Below, piece after piece: positions 1 through 22,646 of a stretch of 64,000 nt of DNA (the stretch's first letter is position 1; every line of letters starts with the position of its first letter). The notes below the pieces were generated by a model. The model was given only the letters and a program-made list of their open reading frames with translations. It did no database searches and was not told the DNA's origin. Source of the DNA: Bugula neritina (lineage: Eukaryota; Animalia; Bryozoa); assembly GCA_964035545.1 (NCBI GenBank), contig OZ037766.1:25532339-25596338 (forward strand), written 5' to 3'. A program made the translations under genes and the position numbers.

Positions 1-458
1 GAATTTTTTCATTTTTGTATAAATAGCTTGGTCATACAATTATTCTGCATGCTTATGCCGCATGCAATATGTCGATTCATAACAAACATATATGTTTATA
101 TAAACAACTTGGTTTTAATTTGAGATAGCGTCTTGCAGTCTTTAAATTCAGTATCAGCATATAATTCTAAGAAAGAGGCAATTATTTTTGATATTTCAGC
201 AAATAAATTTTTTTTTCAAGATATCTTGATAAAATTGGATACTATTTTGCACAATCCACATTTCTTTTTATCACTCATCCAAAATATCGATTTGTTTTTT
301 GCAATAACTTGAGTTTGGGTAGAGATAGAATTCTAGAGTTTGTAGATTCAGAATCAGCACAAAATTCTGATCTAGAAACAACTTTTTTTGAGTGGCCACC
401 TAGTAAAGTGTAATAAGCCAATTTTTTGAGCACTTTTTGGAAGGTTACTTCTAGACTA
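1..458 (+). mobile_element. Terminal segment (3' end) of an Academ-like DNA transposon; element extends beyond the window start
   Basis: About 15-458 is a high-identity reverse-complement match to 34899-35345. It ends in GGTTACTTCTAGACTA at 458, the same TIR as the element at 34899-38179. Confidence 0.75.
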
Positions 459-559
459 TTTGTGTTAACTGTGTTGTACAACAGTTTTGAAGTAAATGCA
501 ACAGCAATGTGCCAATGGCCAATGATTATGAATAACCAATCATTGATCTTGATTGGGTT

Positions 560-1290
560 AAGTCCCAAGACCTCTCGAAGAGAGTAATTGTAGGACCCTC
601 AGATCTATCCAGGCTCAGAAATCAGCTACTATCTCTCCCGTACGGAGCTCCCGAACAGTGCGCAACACGAAACCCTGCAGGTACAGGCTCAAATCGCAGG
701 CTGTAGCATTGAAGGTGTTAATACGGGTATTCATGTTATGGGTTGAGGATTTCATAGATTTAAGTGTGTTATTTAAGGTTGGAAATAAATCATCATTAGC
801 AGTAATACAAGTCAACAAAGAAATTCTCTGTGACTGTCAGCGCTTTCTTAATGTTGCTAGGCCTAGGTCAAATTTGGCATCTGTTACCGATACTTCTCTA
901 GCCTTTAAATTTTTAATGAACTGTACAGCCCTATTTTAAGAAACTTCTAATTTTCTTATTAGATGTTTATTGCACGGGTCCCATACTTCAGCAGCATATT
1001 CCAGGAGAGGTCTACAAAGAGTTTTATATGCAAGAATTTTAACATTTTCTGGGACATTTCCTAGTGTGAGCTTGATTAATCCTAATACTCTGTATGCCTT
1101 TGATATGACATTTTCGACATGCTTATTCCATTTCAAATCTGCTGATAGCAATATTCCAAGGTATTCTACAAGCACAACTCCAACTCTATTCAGGGGATTT
1201 TCTTCTAATCTGTAAGTGAAGACATTTTCCATATTTTCTGTTTTCTTACCAAACGTAATGATATTACTTTTCTTTGAGTTAAACTTCATA
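560..1290 (-). mobile_element. 5'-truncated, frameshifted non-LTR retrotransposon 3' end (CR1/L2-type ORF2 C-terminus)
   Basis: ORF 936-1289 has YLGILLSADLKWNKHVENVISKAYRVLGLIK...AYKTLCRPLLEYAAEVWDP, the typical post-RT region of CR1/L2-group LINEs. It continues in another frame (QNRAVQFI..., ORF 615-818). Confidence 0.8.
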
Positions 1291-2244
1291 TGATGACAAT
1301 GATCAAATCATCAATGATGATGATCGAAACTAAAGTGAAACTGAAAGTAAATTCACTCATTAGTCATTAGTGGTTACAGTTACTCATTACTCATTAGTGA
1401 TTAGTCACCAACCCTTATCATTAGGATTAAGCCTGTCTCGCGTCAAGTCTATTGATATTCATACTAATTTGGTTTCATGTTAGAATTCATGTTCATGTTG
1501 AACTTGAAGTTGATTTGAAATTCAAATTGAACTTCAACTTGAACTTGTCCTAGATTTTGAGACTTGATTTCGGTAGCTATTGACTGAACTTGACTTACCG
1601 TGGCTTTGAGTTTGATGCAGCGGTAAAAAAAACCATAAATTAAAGACGAGTTTATAGTTCTAAATTACAAAATTACCATTATGAATGGTTTTTATAAAAT
1701 CGTCATGAATTATGAATAGAATTACATGTATGCAAACTTAGGCAGTGTCGTCATAAGTGGTTCATTCAAACACTGGATTTTCCAACTCGGTACGGGTAAC
1801 TCTTACCCGCACTACCAGATACCACTTTGGTGAAGCAACGAAAACAGCGAGCCTAAATTCAAGCAAAGCAAGTGCCCACAAAGAAATGTAAAGCTGCAAA
1901 CACATAATTACGACATGATAGTAGCTTCAAAACTTTTGTGTATGTTTATGATTACTACTCAAACCATAGGAATGTGGTTTGTGATACCGACTGATGCTAC
2001 TAGATTCAAGCATCACTGATGAGGAATGGATGGTTCATTGTTGCATAGAGTTGTCCTCTCCTTGAATTTAGCACTGTTTTAATGGACTCGCTACATGCAC
2101 AAGTGTCAAGGTGAAGCTTCAGCGCTTCATTAGTTTTTTCTTTTCACCACTTATTACATGTTTTACTGATTAAGGATTTCTCACCCGAGTTAGATTATCT
2201 GAAATATAATTTTTTTTATAGAGGTGATGTCAAGTTTACAATAA

Positions 2245-4452
2245 ATGTCGGACACTGATAATCGTGTTTTATCTGGTTCTTATCAAGGCAGGAAAGGCCA
2301 TGTTATTAGTAGAAAACCTGGAGCTGAAGTTCCAGAAAATGCAATTCCTGTTCATCCCTCACTTGCTGCAAAGATTAAATTAGACAGCTTGAAAGACAGA
2401 CCTTTTGTTGAAAAGTACGTTTCTATTTAGAGCCGCAATGGTAACAGTATTTTTAATGTACTTGTCATGACATTGAGTTGACTGTTGGTGTTAGAGTTGG
2501 TGTTACTTGTTAGTTGTTGGTTGTTGCACTTTGACTTACACTTACAGTTACTGGTTAGACTTAGTGTTACAATTACATTTAGTTTTATTGATTTACTGTA
2601 ACTGTTGATCTTAGTGTTACTGTTGAACTTAAAGTTAATGTTGCTGTTGGTGTTAGTGCTATGTTAATGTTACTAAAATGTGAGACTGAGTGTTATCGAT
2701 TCTCAAACTCGGAGTCTGTTACATTTATTCTTAGTCTTACTCATACCGTGAGTGTTATAATCGTGCTACAACCTCAGTACAACTTTAACTAATATTAAAA
2801 TATTATAATTACTATTCAAATATTATGATTATTACTATTAGTAATACTATTGGAGTTAGTAATTATATTGCCTATTTAGTTAGGTTTTACTATTATTGAT
2901 GTAGTTATCAAAAGGTACTTTCCTGTGCCTGGTATTGATACACAAATTATGCATCTGTTTAATTTTTTATCCTACAGAATCAAACTGCTTATGCCTTTGA
3001 AGATAGATGTAGTATTGCTTATTTTATAATTCTATACTACACAAGAAAGTATTGCACAAACTTTACTTTTATTGGTGATTAGCATAATATTTTATTCATC
3101 ATATGATTTTTGACTTTTAGCTGGGCTATTCATTCAGGATATTACATCACTGGTTTGAGTTTTTTCTCGTCGGCGATACTCATGTATAACTTGAGGAGGA
3201 AACTAAAGCTCTTCGCTGGAGGGCGTATCATCAGTTATGTAGCTACAACTGGGGGGCCAGCAACTATAGCTGGTCTTCTTTATGATGAACTCATCTCTAA
3301 ACCTATTATGCAAGGTAAGGCTTACATTTGCTGCTGTTTGTGTAGAGAATGCAGAAGTATAGACTGAAGTATGGCCATATAAATCTCACGCAAGCATAGA
3401 GTCACCATCCCTGTGAGAAAACACCTGATGGAAGGGGATTTTGTTAAATGTGGCTAAAGACTTATTTAGATGGAGCACAGGAGCAATTATGACTGGATGC
3501 TCTTTCTAACATCACCAATGGTCTTTGTCGGGCTTGAACCCATGACTTGGCGCTTACTAGGCAAATGCTCTAACCCCTAGACCACGGCTGCTCCCATAAA
3601 CTATGACCATATGTAATCTGTATATTGTTACCATGTTATGTGTAGAATATTTTTTTGTTTAGGCACAGGTCCAACTTGTACAACTTGTCTCCCTTTAAAG
3701 GCGACGTGTATAAACCTAGTCTCAGGGTTCATGGTGCCAACTACTATGGTTTATATCTGCTCCTCATTTATGGCCAGATCTGGCTACACCTACAAACTTC
3801 CCCCAGCTAACGAGTTTACATCATTACTCAAAGTGAGTGTGACTGTGTATATTGAGACTGGAATGCCTTTATAAAGTGCTCCTTCCGTATCTCACTAAGC
3901 TACAGGTCCTGAAAATTAGACTAGTAGTAGAATGTCAGAATTAACTAATATTCGGTCATTATGCACGCATACACAAAACAGGGTTCCAAGCCCATTTTGT
4001 GACTTATGAGATTTTGTGAGAGTGGAACCGTGAGATATGGAAAGAGCACTGTATTCATACTGGTGGTAACTGCTTCTTTTGAACAACTTAATGCTGAAGT
4101 TGAATCGGGTAAAAGTTTAATCTGTATACAATGTTTTCAGGTATAAATAAAGACAGTGTGCTTTTAATGCCGCAGCATAGCCTGCGCTTCATTGGAAGGA
4201 ACATAACTCTAATTGGATATTTTTTGTTTCTAGTCTGTTCCTCAGCTGAAAAGTGCTTTGCTTATTAATCTATTATATTTCCTTTGCCAGGCACTAGACA
4301 GAGTATCCTACAGATTGAGACCTCTGTTAGGGGTGAATTTACTACTGTCCCTAGTCGTACCTTTCACAGTCGCCTACTATGAACAGAAGACATTTGGTCA
4401 AGTTGCAATATCATATTCAGAATACAACAGATATTCTGATGATTTGACATGA
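2245..4452 (+). CDS. TMEM126: TMEM126-family mitochondrial inner membrane protein; exons 2245-2414, 3121-3314, 3663-3832, 4291-4452
   Basis: GT-AG introns join in frame (phases 2,1,0). The product has RRKLKL..GRIISY..P, CTTC..L, G..VP, A...YTYKLP and four hydrophobic segments, as in TMEM126/DUF1370 proteins. AATAAA near 4778. Confidence 0.75.
3395..3595 (-). mobile_element. tRNA-derived SINE (family A) in TMEM126 intron 2
   Basis: Minus strand has A-box-like GTGGTCTAGGGG and B-box-like GGTTCAAGCCC followed by a body homologous to 10075-10268. Confidence 0.65.
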
Positions 4453-4864
4453 ATATTTAGAAGTGTAGGTGTTGGTTTAATACTACGTTACCTAGGTAAT
4501 TGGTTTTTAATGTTTGTTGCAAAAAGGCATTAACTTTGCAGGTTGATTGATAAACCAATTGGTTGGTTGATTGAACTGAGTGGCTTTTTGTATATTTTTG
4601 CATTTTTCAATTAGATTAATTGAATGTTTTAGTTTGCAGTCATTAATCTAGAAGTTTTAGAGTTTTATTTAAGTGTTTATTGATATCTATAAAATTTGAA
4701 TCGTAAACACAAAAGCTGCTCGCTGTTATCAAAAAATGCATTTACAGAGTTTGCTGTATTTCTATCTTTGTATCTGTAATAAATTGAATATATACATACA
4801 ATAATAATTTTGTATTAGCACATGCAATATGATTGACCTTTTTACTGGAGACTTATGGCTTCGT

Positions 4865-12848
<7,984 letters not shown>

Positions 12849-14134
12849 CTACATGCATAAAATATGTTTTACCTTCATTAAAGCTGCAATTTCTGAAAAA
12901 GCAGAAGTTTTCTCTAAGCAATGTACTTCAATAGTCTGTTTCCTTGTCTTAACTTGTAATTGGCATTGGCAAATCTATTTTATGGTTGAAGTAAAACATT
13001 TAACGAAAATAAAATGACATTTAAATAAATTTGAAGAAACTTCTCATAATTTTAGTCTACAGGCATATTACATCAACAGAGATGCTGGTAATATAATGCA
13101 ATATAATTACAATAAATATAGGTATTCGTATTCATAAGGTATAGGCAGCAAATTTTTTATTTGATAATTTATAAATGAGTTAAATTGAATGTTACTTTAG
13201 CTTACTAGATACAAACTTAAATATCTGAGAGCATATGAGATATAATTTTATCTTAGTATATGCCTCATATTTAATTTGAACAATTATAATATTATCTTAC
13301 ATTGCATAACATTCTAGTACTCTACATCACATTATATGTTAGATTACTTTACTTTCCTAATAATACTGTGTAAACAGAATAGTACTATAGTAAAAAATTT
13401 TTGACTTAACAAAGATCGGAGATTGCTTAGATTTCACACAATGACTTTTTACAATTATGTAAATATGCCTTACTGTGTTTAGTATAAGGTTGCAGAGTTA
13501 GCTCTTCTAGTAACATACAAACTACACTTACCTCTACTAGCCTCTACTAAAGTGTAAGTAAATGAATGAGTCACTGTCATACTAGCTTAGCATATCTTTC
13601 AGCTAATCCCATGACCTATAATGTTGCTAGAATTAAGCTAATCTCATTATTTATTACACAGAAACTACATCAAAACATTATTATTTTGAGGGGGGCTAAT
13701 GCAGCCTTCCATAATCCGCACATACATGTAGTTAGGCAAATATTTCGTGACAACTAATCCTATTCCTAATGCTTTTAGAATTATAGGCCCATGATTTAGA
13801 CTATAATACGATACTCTAAAAGAAATTCAAAGCGTACAATAGTGATGAGCTATTTAAATCAGAAAATAGTTACTATGGTTTCTATAAAAAAAATACAATT
13901 CAAACAAACTATTTGATTCATTTCACTTCAACCTAACTCGCTGTAAAAGATCAAAATAATATCTTTCAATTATTTGACATTCAGTTGGTTAACATTTAAA
14001 ATCCGAGTGATGATAGTAATAAAATATATTTTCTAAAACAAGTTAGGTGTTTGAATCAATATTATAATTATCAACCGAAATTGAAATATATATTAGTGAT
14101 GGTTGAATGGCATAATGCATAGAATAATAATAGC

Positions 14135-14340
14135 ATAGGAATAGCACAGTAATAGCATAGTAATAGCACAGTAATAACACAGTAATAGTACAGTGATAGC
14201 ACAGTAATAGTACAGTGATAGCACAGTAATATCATAGTAATGACATAGTAATAGCAGAATAATAGCAAAGTAATAGCCCATGGTAATTGCATAGTAATGA
14301 CATAATATAATAATAACATAGGAATAGCATAGAAATAGTA
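14135..14340. repeat. Minisatellite, about 11-bp unit (ATAGCACAGTA-like)
   Basis: Tandem degenerate ATAGCACAGTA/ATAGCATAGTA units. Confidence 0.85.
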
Positions 14341-15934
14341 TTATTAGGCTATAGTTGGAGTTGACTGTATACTCTAATGATTATTGCTCATTGCTCAATT
14401 TATCTATTTTTATAAATTGAAAATAAACTCTTGCAAATAATAATATTATACTTCAACACAATAGTCTTCATTTACATTGTTTAAAATAAGTTTCTTTGTA
14501 CTTAAATTCTAAAAAGTGTGTCTTTGAAGCAAATCAATAGACCTTTAAAATAAATGAAAATAAAGTTTTATGTTATGTCTATGAAATTATTTGCACTCTT
14601 CTGCCTTGTCACAATTTTCAAAACGAAAAATTAATGAGTTTTGTCACAATTTATAGAGCATTCTCATTAATAGGTTAAAAAGATATTAAAATTGATCAGA
14701 AATGTGCCAAAGCAACTGATATGCATTTATAAACAAGCTATACAAAAATAAATTGTTTATAGCAGCCAATGCAAAATTACATTTTCATGTCCATCCATTT
14801 CTCTTACATTCCTTTATCAGCTTGGCTGAGATTGTTTGTGATTATAATTTTATTTTCAAACCATTGATTGCTTTTTGTTTACGTAAGTGCTTCCCAAAAC
14901 TGCAGCTACACCATAAATTTTGTAACTTCACTTTTTTTTTAATACAGAAGAAGGAACAAGCAAATGCCTGGGAGCTTCTAGAGGCAGCACAGAGTTGGGG
15001 ATGGCTGAGTGCAGTATTTTTAATACAGAAGAAGAAAATGTTTGACAGTCGCTAAAAGCAGCATCAAGTTGGAGGTGGATGAGTGCAGCATTTGCGTACA
15101 GACATCTTTGTTCAAATTTCCACTCTGAATGAGATACCCCTTCCCTCTCTGAAACATCAGAACTCAGTTTTTTCCAACTTTGAGCTGCTTCAAACAATTT
15201 TTGAAGTACTTAGCCTGCTACTTCTTCTTTCTTTTCGACAAGTTGCAAATGTGTTTATTGCTTTACAATTTCAAACATTGGAATGACGACTCTACAGCTG
15301 AAGCTAATAATGTCTTTTTTATGTTGCAAATTCCATGAAATAAATTTTTTTAGCAATTCTTCTGATTATTATGACAAAAGCTATGCTTTCTTAGTAGATT
15401 AAAAGCATTTCATATTGCCTTTTAGGTTAACATTTAAATACACTATAAACCACCAATGTTCAACATTAAATTGCTTGGTAAGCTATAAGTTATATTAAAT
15501 GTATTTCAAATTTATATGGGTTTAAATTAAAATAGCTTGCTTAAATGTGAAAAATTATTTTTCTTGTGAAGAGACAATTAGTACTGGTGGTTTTTGACAG
15601 TCTTTAAACATCAAAATCTGTTGAAGAGCAAAGACAACTCTACAAACTTATTTCAAGTGGGATGTTAAAAATTTAATAGCTTTTATAAGCTGTCAACTTA
15701 AACATAGAAAGATGGGAGTTATTTTCCCTTACTGCAGGTTAATTTAAGAATGCATAGAATTATCAATGTTGAAAATTGAATCAAAACTAAAGCAGATATT
15801 TGCTTTAAAACAGATTAATACATCATAAACTTATTTTCCTATATAGCGAGCACTTCAATTGTTGGAAAAAAAGGATTCAAATTTTTAATTTTCATCTTTC
15901 CTAGTTTCAAACTTGATTTCTTATGTTATAATTA

Positions 15935-16320
15935 TGTCTTACATGTATAATATATGTCTTATATTATAATATGTCTTATATTATATGTCTTATATTATAT
16001 GTCTTATGTTATTTGTCTTGCATTATATGTCTTACATTGTATGTCTTATATTATTTGTCTTATATTATATCTCTTATATTACATGTATTATATTGTATGT
16101 CTTATATTATATGTCTTGCATTATATGTCTTATATTATATGTTTTACATTAAATGTCTTATATCATATGTCTTATATTATATGTCTTGCATTATATGTTT
16201 TATATTATATGTCTTATATTATATGTTTTATATTATATACATGTCTTATATTATATGTTTTATATTATATACATGTCTTATATTATATGTTTTATATTAT
16301 ATGTCTTATATCATATTATG
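15935..16320. repeat. Minisatellite, about 14-17 bp unit (TATATGTCTTATAT)
   Basis: More than 20 tandem copies; the Tyr/Ile/Cys ORFs over it are artefacts. Confidence 0.9.
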
Positions 16321-16967
16321 TCAGGATAAACGGTGACGTATCATGTAGCTTATATTTTTATGTAACGCAATATTGTACTGAGCCATTAGTGATTAAATAA
16401 AGTAAATGTACAGACTTACCCTTTCGGTGTTGGGGTCAACTAAATCTGGCTAATAAACAGCAGCTAACTAATTTCTCTTACAAAAAGAAGTAAGATAAAA
16501 TATAGTTAAGTACTGATTAGTTGAAAATTGAAAAAAATGTGAATGTTGAAACCAGGATTCTGGGAAATATACAAGGAAGTAGAAAAATCCCTTTCTTTAC
16601 AGATTAACTATTTATACTGCACAATAGATTTTTGCTTACTAGTTTCCATCCCTCGTATAATATTGCAGATTATCTTCACCTACCAATTACCATGCCATCA
16701 AATTCCCCCACTGATATCTTCAAGTTAGTCCAAACGCTTTGGGTGGAGCTGTTGACATTCTGCTAATCTATTCGTTTCAGCAATAATAATGTGAGAAAAC
16801 TGAATGTACAGATAATCTCCTACTGCTTGAAGATTAAGGAGCAGCTAGTGGTATCCTCAACAGATGTTTGACTCATCGTGTAGCAGCTGAAAACCTACAA
16901 CACATCATAAACAACACTGATGGCAACAAGCAATGCCAATGTTGCACTAAATTTTCAGAGCTCGATG

Positions 16968-17072
16968 GTGTAATGTTGAGATCACCCAGTAGTCCCTGTG
17001 GTGTAATGGCTACCGCTTGCCAGCTAGAGGTACTGGGTTGCAATTCCAGTTGGGGCAAAAGTTTTATATATG
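16968..17072 (+). mobile_element. tRNA-like short repeat (family B) with conserved 5' leader
   Basis: TGTAATGTTGAGATCACCCAGTAG followed by a tRNA-like body; homologous to 42495-42600, 42718-42825, 43490-43600 and partial 27826-27870. Confidence 0.65.
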
Positions 17073-20000
17073 GAAGCAGATTTTTTACACAAATTGAATC
17101 AACTTGCAGCTTTTTGACATAATCCATTATTATGTAAACTGCACATTATGACAAGTGAAAGTAATGTTGGCAATAATTATGATCTGAAAATAATATTTCC
17201 AATTATTAGTTTTCTAGCTTTTTATCAACAGATTGATAGGCATATACTAACGAATATCCTTTATATGAGTTTTTTACTTGTGGTTCTTTTCCGCAATATT
17301 CTTATCTAATAGCAATTATTTATTATGAGATTGATGTATGATAGAAGATTATTGTTGAAGTTTTTTTTTCTTACTTACATGAAGTCATAGTTGTTAGGAA
17401 GATCAAGTTAGTTTGAAAAGTCTAATTTACGTCTGCCATCTTGTGACATGGCTAATTTCCACGTAGCCTTCAATCTTTTATTTGATCATGCAAAATGGGC
17501 GGGGCCTTCTAATAAATCCATAACAGTTGTTCTTAATAATATATGGAGATAATTAGCCTAAGTACCTACTGGTTTGAGGAAGTAATTATTCATAATCGTG
17601 TATCATACAGTGCTAATTAGTATTCGTGATCAAAAGTTATTCCTGATTGCATTTAGACAGGAATGAATGCGTCATGTTTTTCACTTTTATTCATTTCAGG
17701 CCATTTTCTAGAAATTTGTCAAATATTTAAATGACCGCATGATGCAAACAAATTTAAGCTTTACAAGTAATCTGTAGCAGCAGTCAACAATTTGAATAAG
17801 CGAATTTCATTAAAAATATTATATTAACATAATTGCTATATATTATCATTTAAATTTGAAGTTAATTATGCTCTTTTGCATGTAATGTTGGCTTAACGGT
17901 GATATATAGCAACGAAGGTTAGTATTGATGTGTTCCACCCTATACCCTTTTTTACATGTTGACACTATAAGACTCATATTCATTTAGGACTTAATTAAAC
18001 CTTCACCCCTTTGAAACTTTTAAATACAAAGTTTACTAAGAGGGACAGTTCCTCCTACCATGCCGTTAACATGGTTTAAGCGCTTTTATTCGCTGCATTT
18101 CCATTCCTTTGCATTACGTGAAGGGATGCTCATACAGACAAATTTGTGATTGCGTTTTGCATTAACTTATGGCTTCATTCTATATGCAACTGTTTACAAA
18201 CATCAGATGAAAAAACCATTCACATAATTATGTAAAGCATGGAAATGCAGTCATTGAAGCAACTATGATGGATGCTTTTCATGACATCTCAAACCCCTAA
18301 TGCCACACTACGTCTGCACTTTAAAAACTAGATCACAGCTATTCTTCATTATACCTTCTTATGTCCCAATGAAATAGAACTGAGAAGTCGAATAGGTAAA
18401 CTACTGTTAGGTTCCTACAACTGAATCCTATGTTCCTCTATGCGTGGGCTTTCTGGCTGCTCTTCAAATCTTACCACCCCTTCGTGAGTTATGTAATCAG
18501 ATTCAACGCTCCGTGCATCAGTAATTGACAAAACTATTTGAAAATCGACAAATCATTTGATGATTTTGAACTTTTTCTGGCCCTCAACCTGAAGGAAATG
18601 GAGCCACTTCCTGTTCACAGTTCTATTCAACCATACAACTTGTGGATATTAATATTAGCAGTCACATATCACAATGAATACAACATAGAGTTTGCTTTTC
18701 ATACGTCGTAATCCAACAAGTTACCTGAAGGTTATTAAATACATTGTAATTTGAATTCAAATTATTACTAAACTGATTGAGGAATAAATTCCTTACACAT
18801 TTTCACATTTCTCCGCAGCAACTATACGTCTATAAGAGTAGAACCTAAGCTAGCCCTTTGGTTATAAAAGCTATAGTCCACAGCAGGGCAGGGTATTTGG
18901 TTACAGGTGACGATAGCAAACTTCAATAGCCCATTTACTCTAAAGCTAAATGTGACTGCGCATTGCTTAATATGTTGTTATGTTCATTTCGCAAGTATGT
19001 CTACACTCCTGCAAGCATTGATCTCTCACGTTCTAATAGTTGAGAAACCCTTCTAGAAGATATTGCATAACCAGATGCAGACGCAGTTAGTCATATGCTA
19101 TGCAGGTGTCTCGGCATTTTTCAGCAGTTGATTCAAAGGTTTGTATATAAAGCTGTTTGCAATGGCATCTTTTAATGCACAAAAAGTTACTGTTTTTGTT
19201 GAGCGCCAGGAAATTATTTGTTGGAAATTCTCAAAGTTTGTTACAGAAAACAATGGAGTTTGAAATTACGAAAAACCAATTTAGAGAAGCTAAAAAATTA
19301 AAGGCACATACTTTTGCATGAAATAAATTATAAAGAAAACAAGTATTATTTAGCTTTTGCTCAAACAAGTTTGGTAGGTATTGCAAACTGAAGTCTCGCG
19401 AGGATTAATACTAGAAAAACTTTTTTCTCCACTGGTATTATTGTTATTAGAGCTAAACCTGGTACAGATTACTGGACGCAGAGAATAAACCCAGGAAAGA
19501 AAGGATCAAGCTAAGTTTCTAAACCATCTTAAGAAATGTGTGAATCAAAGTATTTTCAGTAATACCTTGGAGAGATAGGAGATAATCTGTAACGTAACAG
19601 AGTATTACGGTAAGGTGGTCACACAACACTAGTATCTGTACCTGTGGCCACCAAACACCCTCTGATCATTATCTGATGAATACTACCAGGAAATTACACA
19701 GCTAATGTCATAGTGTATGTACTCATTTAACTTATGGCGTAGAACCGGTTCATGTGCACTGATAATAATATAATATAATTATTATATTATTATATTATAA
19801 TAATATTACGGCATTAGTCTATATATAATATATATAAATATATACATTATATATAAATACATACATACATATACATATACAGATATATACATATACGCAT
19901 ATGTAAATATCTATAAAATATATATGGGAATAGTTCGAGCTATCCAATTTTGCAAACTGCAAATTTAATTAGTAGAAAGCATTGAAAATTATCAAGACTG

Positions 20001-22646
20001 CAATTAAATTGCGCATAAAATTTGCACCAGTTGGTTGAATTTCATAAATGCATGCTTCAATTAGCTCTTGTTTGAAAGGTTTCTCTCCTGCCTGAATCAC
20101 ATCTTGTTTGCAATAAAATCTAAACAAATTTACTAGCCATCCTATCTGCTGTTTGTTAGCCAATCAGTTCCCTTGCAGAGTTGTCCACTTCTTCATAAAT
20201 GATGCTTTCTTTTTTAACTATGAAAGTAAAATTTACTAGCCGTTGGTTATGACTTGTGAAAAAATCACTCTGGCTGTACAACTATTTTTGCAAACATGGG
20301 CTTTCTGCAATTTTCAGCAGGACTCAAAAGCTATATTTTTTGATGTTTTATGCAAATTAATTGGATGAAAAATAAAAATTAAATTGTTTATTTCTCAAGT
20401 GGTGTTTATGCATTAAATGCATTCCAGAGAATTTTGACTAACAGTGTGTATGTAGCGCTGTGATGCATACAAAATGTCTCAAAATGTACTACACTTGGCA
20501 TATGATTTGCCATTCATGTTGGGGGTTTTGAAATAGATATGAAATTTATCTATAAGTGCAAACCAAAATCAGGTAATAGACATTTCATTTTGATAATGTA
20601 ATGTCAAAAGTTGTTTTCATAAATGTCATGTTTATCACCAGTCAATGCTTAGTATAACAAACATTGATAGTCTTGTATTCACACATCACTGGTTGCTGAA
20701 ATACTTCACATTTATTTCCCGAAAAAAGAACTATTGTTTATAACTGTTTTTGTTGCATTATCAATAGCTTGTTATCTGAGAGTGCTATAAATTTCTCTAG
20801 TGAGATGGAGAGGATGATAACTTGCCAAAATAATCATAGCTCTCTGCCACGCCCTGAAGTGATTGTAACTTTTTTAGTGCAAAGCAAACATTTAAAAGAG
20901 AAATTAATAGTGCAGCCAATTGTGCATGTTTGCTAATTGCAAATGTAAATACAAATATACTGCTCATTACTTATTCATTTAAACTCAGTTGTTTTTAATT
21001 AACGCTGAAACAGCAGCATTTCTGTCACATAGAAGTAAAAAAAGATTTGAAAATTTAAATTCACACAACTGGCAAAAACTGCAATGGAATGAAACTTGAA
21101 TTTGCCAAAAGAATCAAAACTCACAGCTGTGGGATTGACAAGTACCACATTCTAAATAAAAAACAAGTCGTTATTTCACACAAAAGTGGGCCAAAGTATT
21201 AGTCACCCTAACACTGCTTGACCATTGTACCAAATTACCTAATTATATATTAAAGTTATTTCTAGTAAATTAGAATAACAGTGATAACCTATACAGTCAT
21301 ATGTATGGTACACATTACAATGCAGTACGTACACAGTTTTATGTAGCGAAATAAGCTTTTAAGGTAAGTATAATGACTTCCTGTATAAAATCAGCAGCTG
21401 TTGTTTAGAAGTAAACTTTTAAAGTTTCTGATGTTGCTATGACAGCCAATCCGTGCGGAGGCTTGGTATCCATGGAGACCTCCTCTGTAAGCATATAGCA
21501 ACTTGTTGAATGTTTCAGTGTTCTCCCGCAAGCGCTATCTTGGGGAGGGGTATAACTACATAAAAGCACTGCTTATTATCTAAGATACATACTTTTGTTT
21601 TGTATATTTATTTTTATCATTTGATTATTGTACCTTCAATGTAAAAGAAAAAGGTCTGTTTAGCAGTTGATCACTTATTTAAATGAAAACAACACAGTAA
21701 TTAACTAACCAACCCCCTCCTTAACCACCCCTGCTAAACCCTGTCACCTTATATCATATACGTCACCGCTTTGCTATGTAGGATTTACCATTAGCTGTGG
21801 CATTAGAGAGTTCCAATGTATATAATATTCAGGAGGTAGACATGTTGTGACACAGTGGTGGCTACTAACAAAGGGGAGAGACTAACTACCTGCAGATTGC
21901 TTCTCAGGATTTACTATTCTACCCAAAGTCTGAACGTTGCTCAAAGCAGGTATTTGACTAATTGCATAAGGACTATTTGCACATTTGACTCCTTTAATAT
22001 ATGTAACCAGCTTTGTAAAGGTGAAACAAATTATTTTTGTTTACTTGAGATTTACAGCAATATTTATACTGTTCTCCTTTTCTTAGTTTTATATTGCAAG
22101 TTATTGTTTTAGCATTCAGCTTTAGAGAGTGAGATTTTTATGTTTGAGAGAGAATAGAAAGGTACATAACTGCTTTAGAGTAACGTGGTGACATGTGTTA
22201 GATAAAAGCGCCTATCTATTGTGTGCTCATGCTCTCCGTTTACAGAAAAATGACTTACTGCATATATATCTAACTCTTCCCATTCAGCCAGTAATTAAAT
22301 TAGTTTTGGTGTTTTCTAATTATAACTTTGGAAAATAATATCATTATATTATGCTTAGTTAGCATTATTGTTGATTATTCTATAATAATTAGTTTAAAAG
22401 AATATTCAATCAGGTCAAGCAAAACAATCTCTGATTGTACAAGAAATGACAGAACCCCAGATTAATTGAAATATTATTCAGTTTTTATGTTCACATTTCA
22501 ACCCACAGGATCAAGTGAATCATATCTTCATTGGAGACATTTAATATTGTGGATTAAAAAGTAGATAGATATGTGCTTATAGTTTCAGATCTAAACATAA
22601 AAGACTAATTCTATCTTGAGGTAAAAGAGCCAAACCACACCCACAA

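Noticed and set aside
275-568. Near-identical peptides at 275-568 and 34924-35118 as a gene family
   Set aside because: Chance ORFs in the shared transposon terminus.
2010-2050. CTGATGAG as a hammerhead ribozyme core (also CTGATGA at about 19673)
   Set aside because: No paired stem II followed by GAAA.
14930-15200. Short inverted and direct duplications (EAAQSW on both strands)
   Set aside because: Only about 20-bp matches; most likely a decayed transposon fragment.
15954-16400. Hydrophobic Tyr/Ile/Cys-rich ORFs (also 14071-14319)
   Set aside because: Minisatellite translations.
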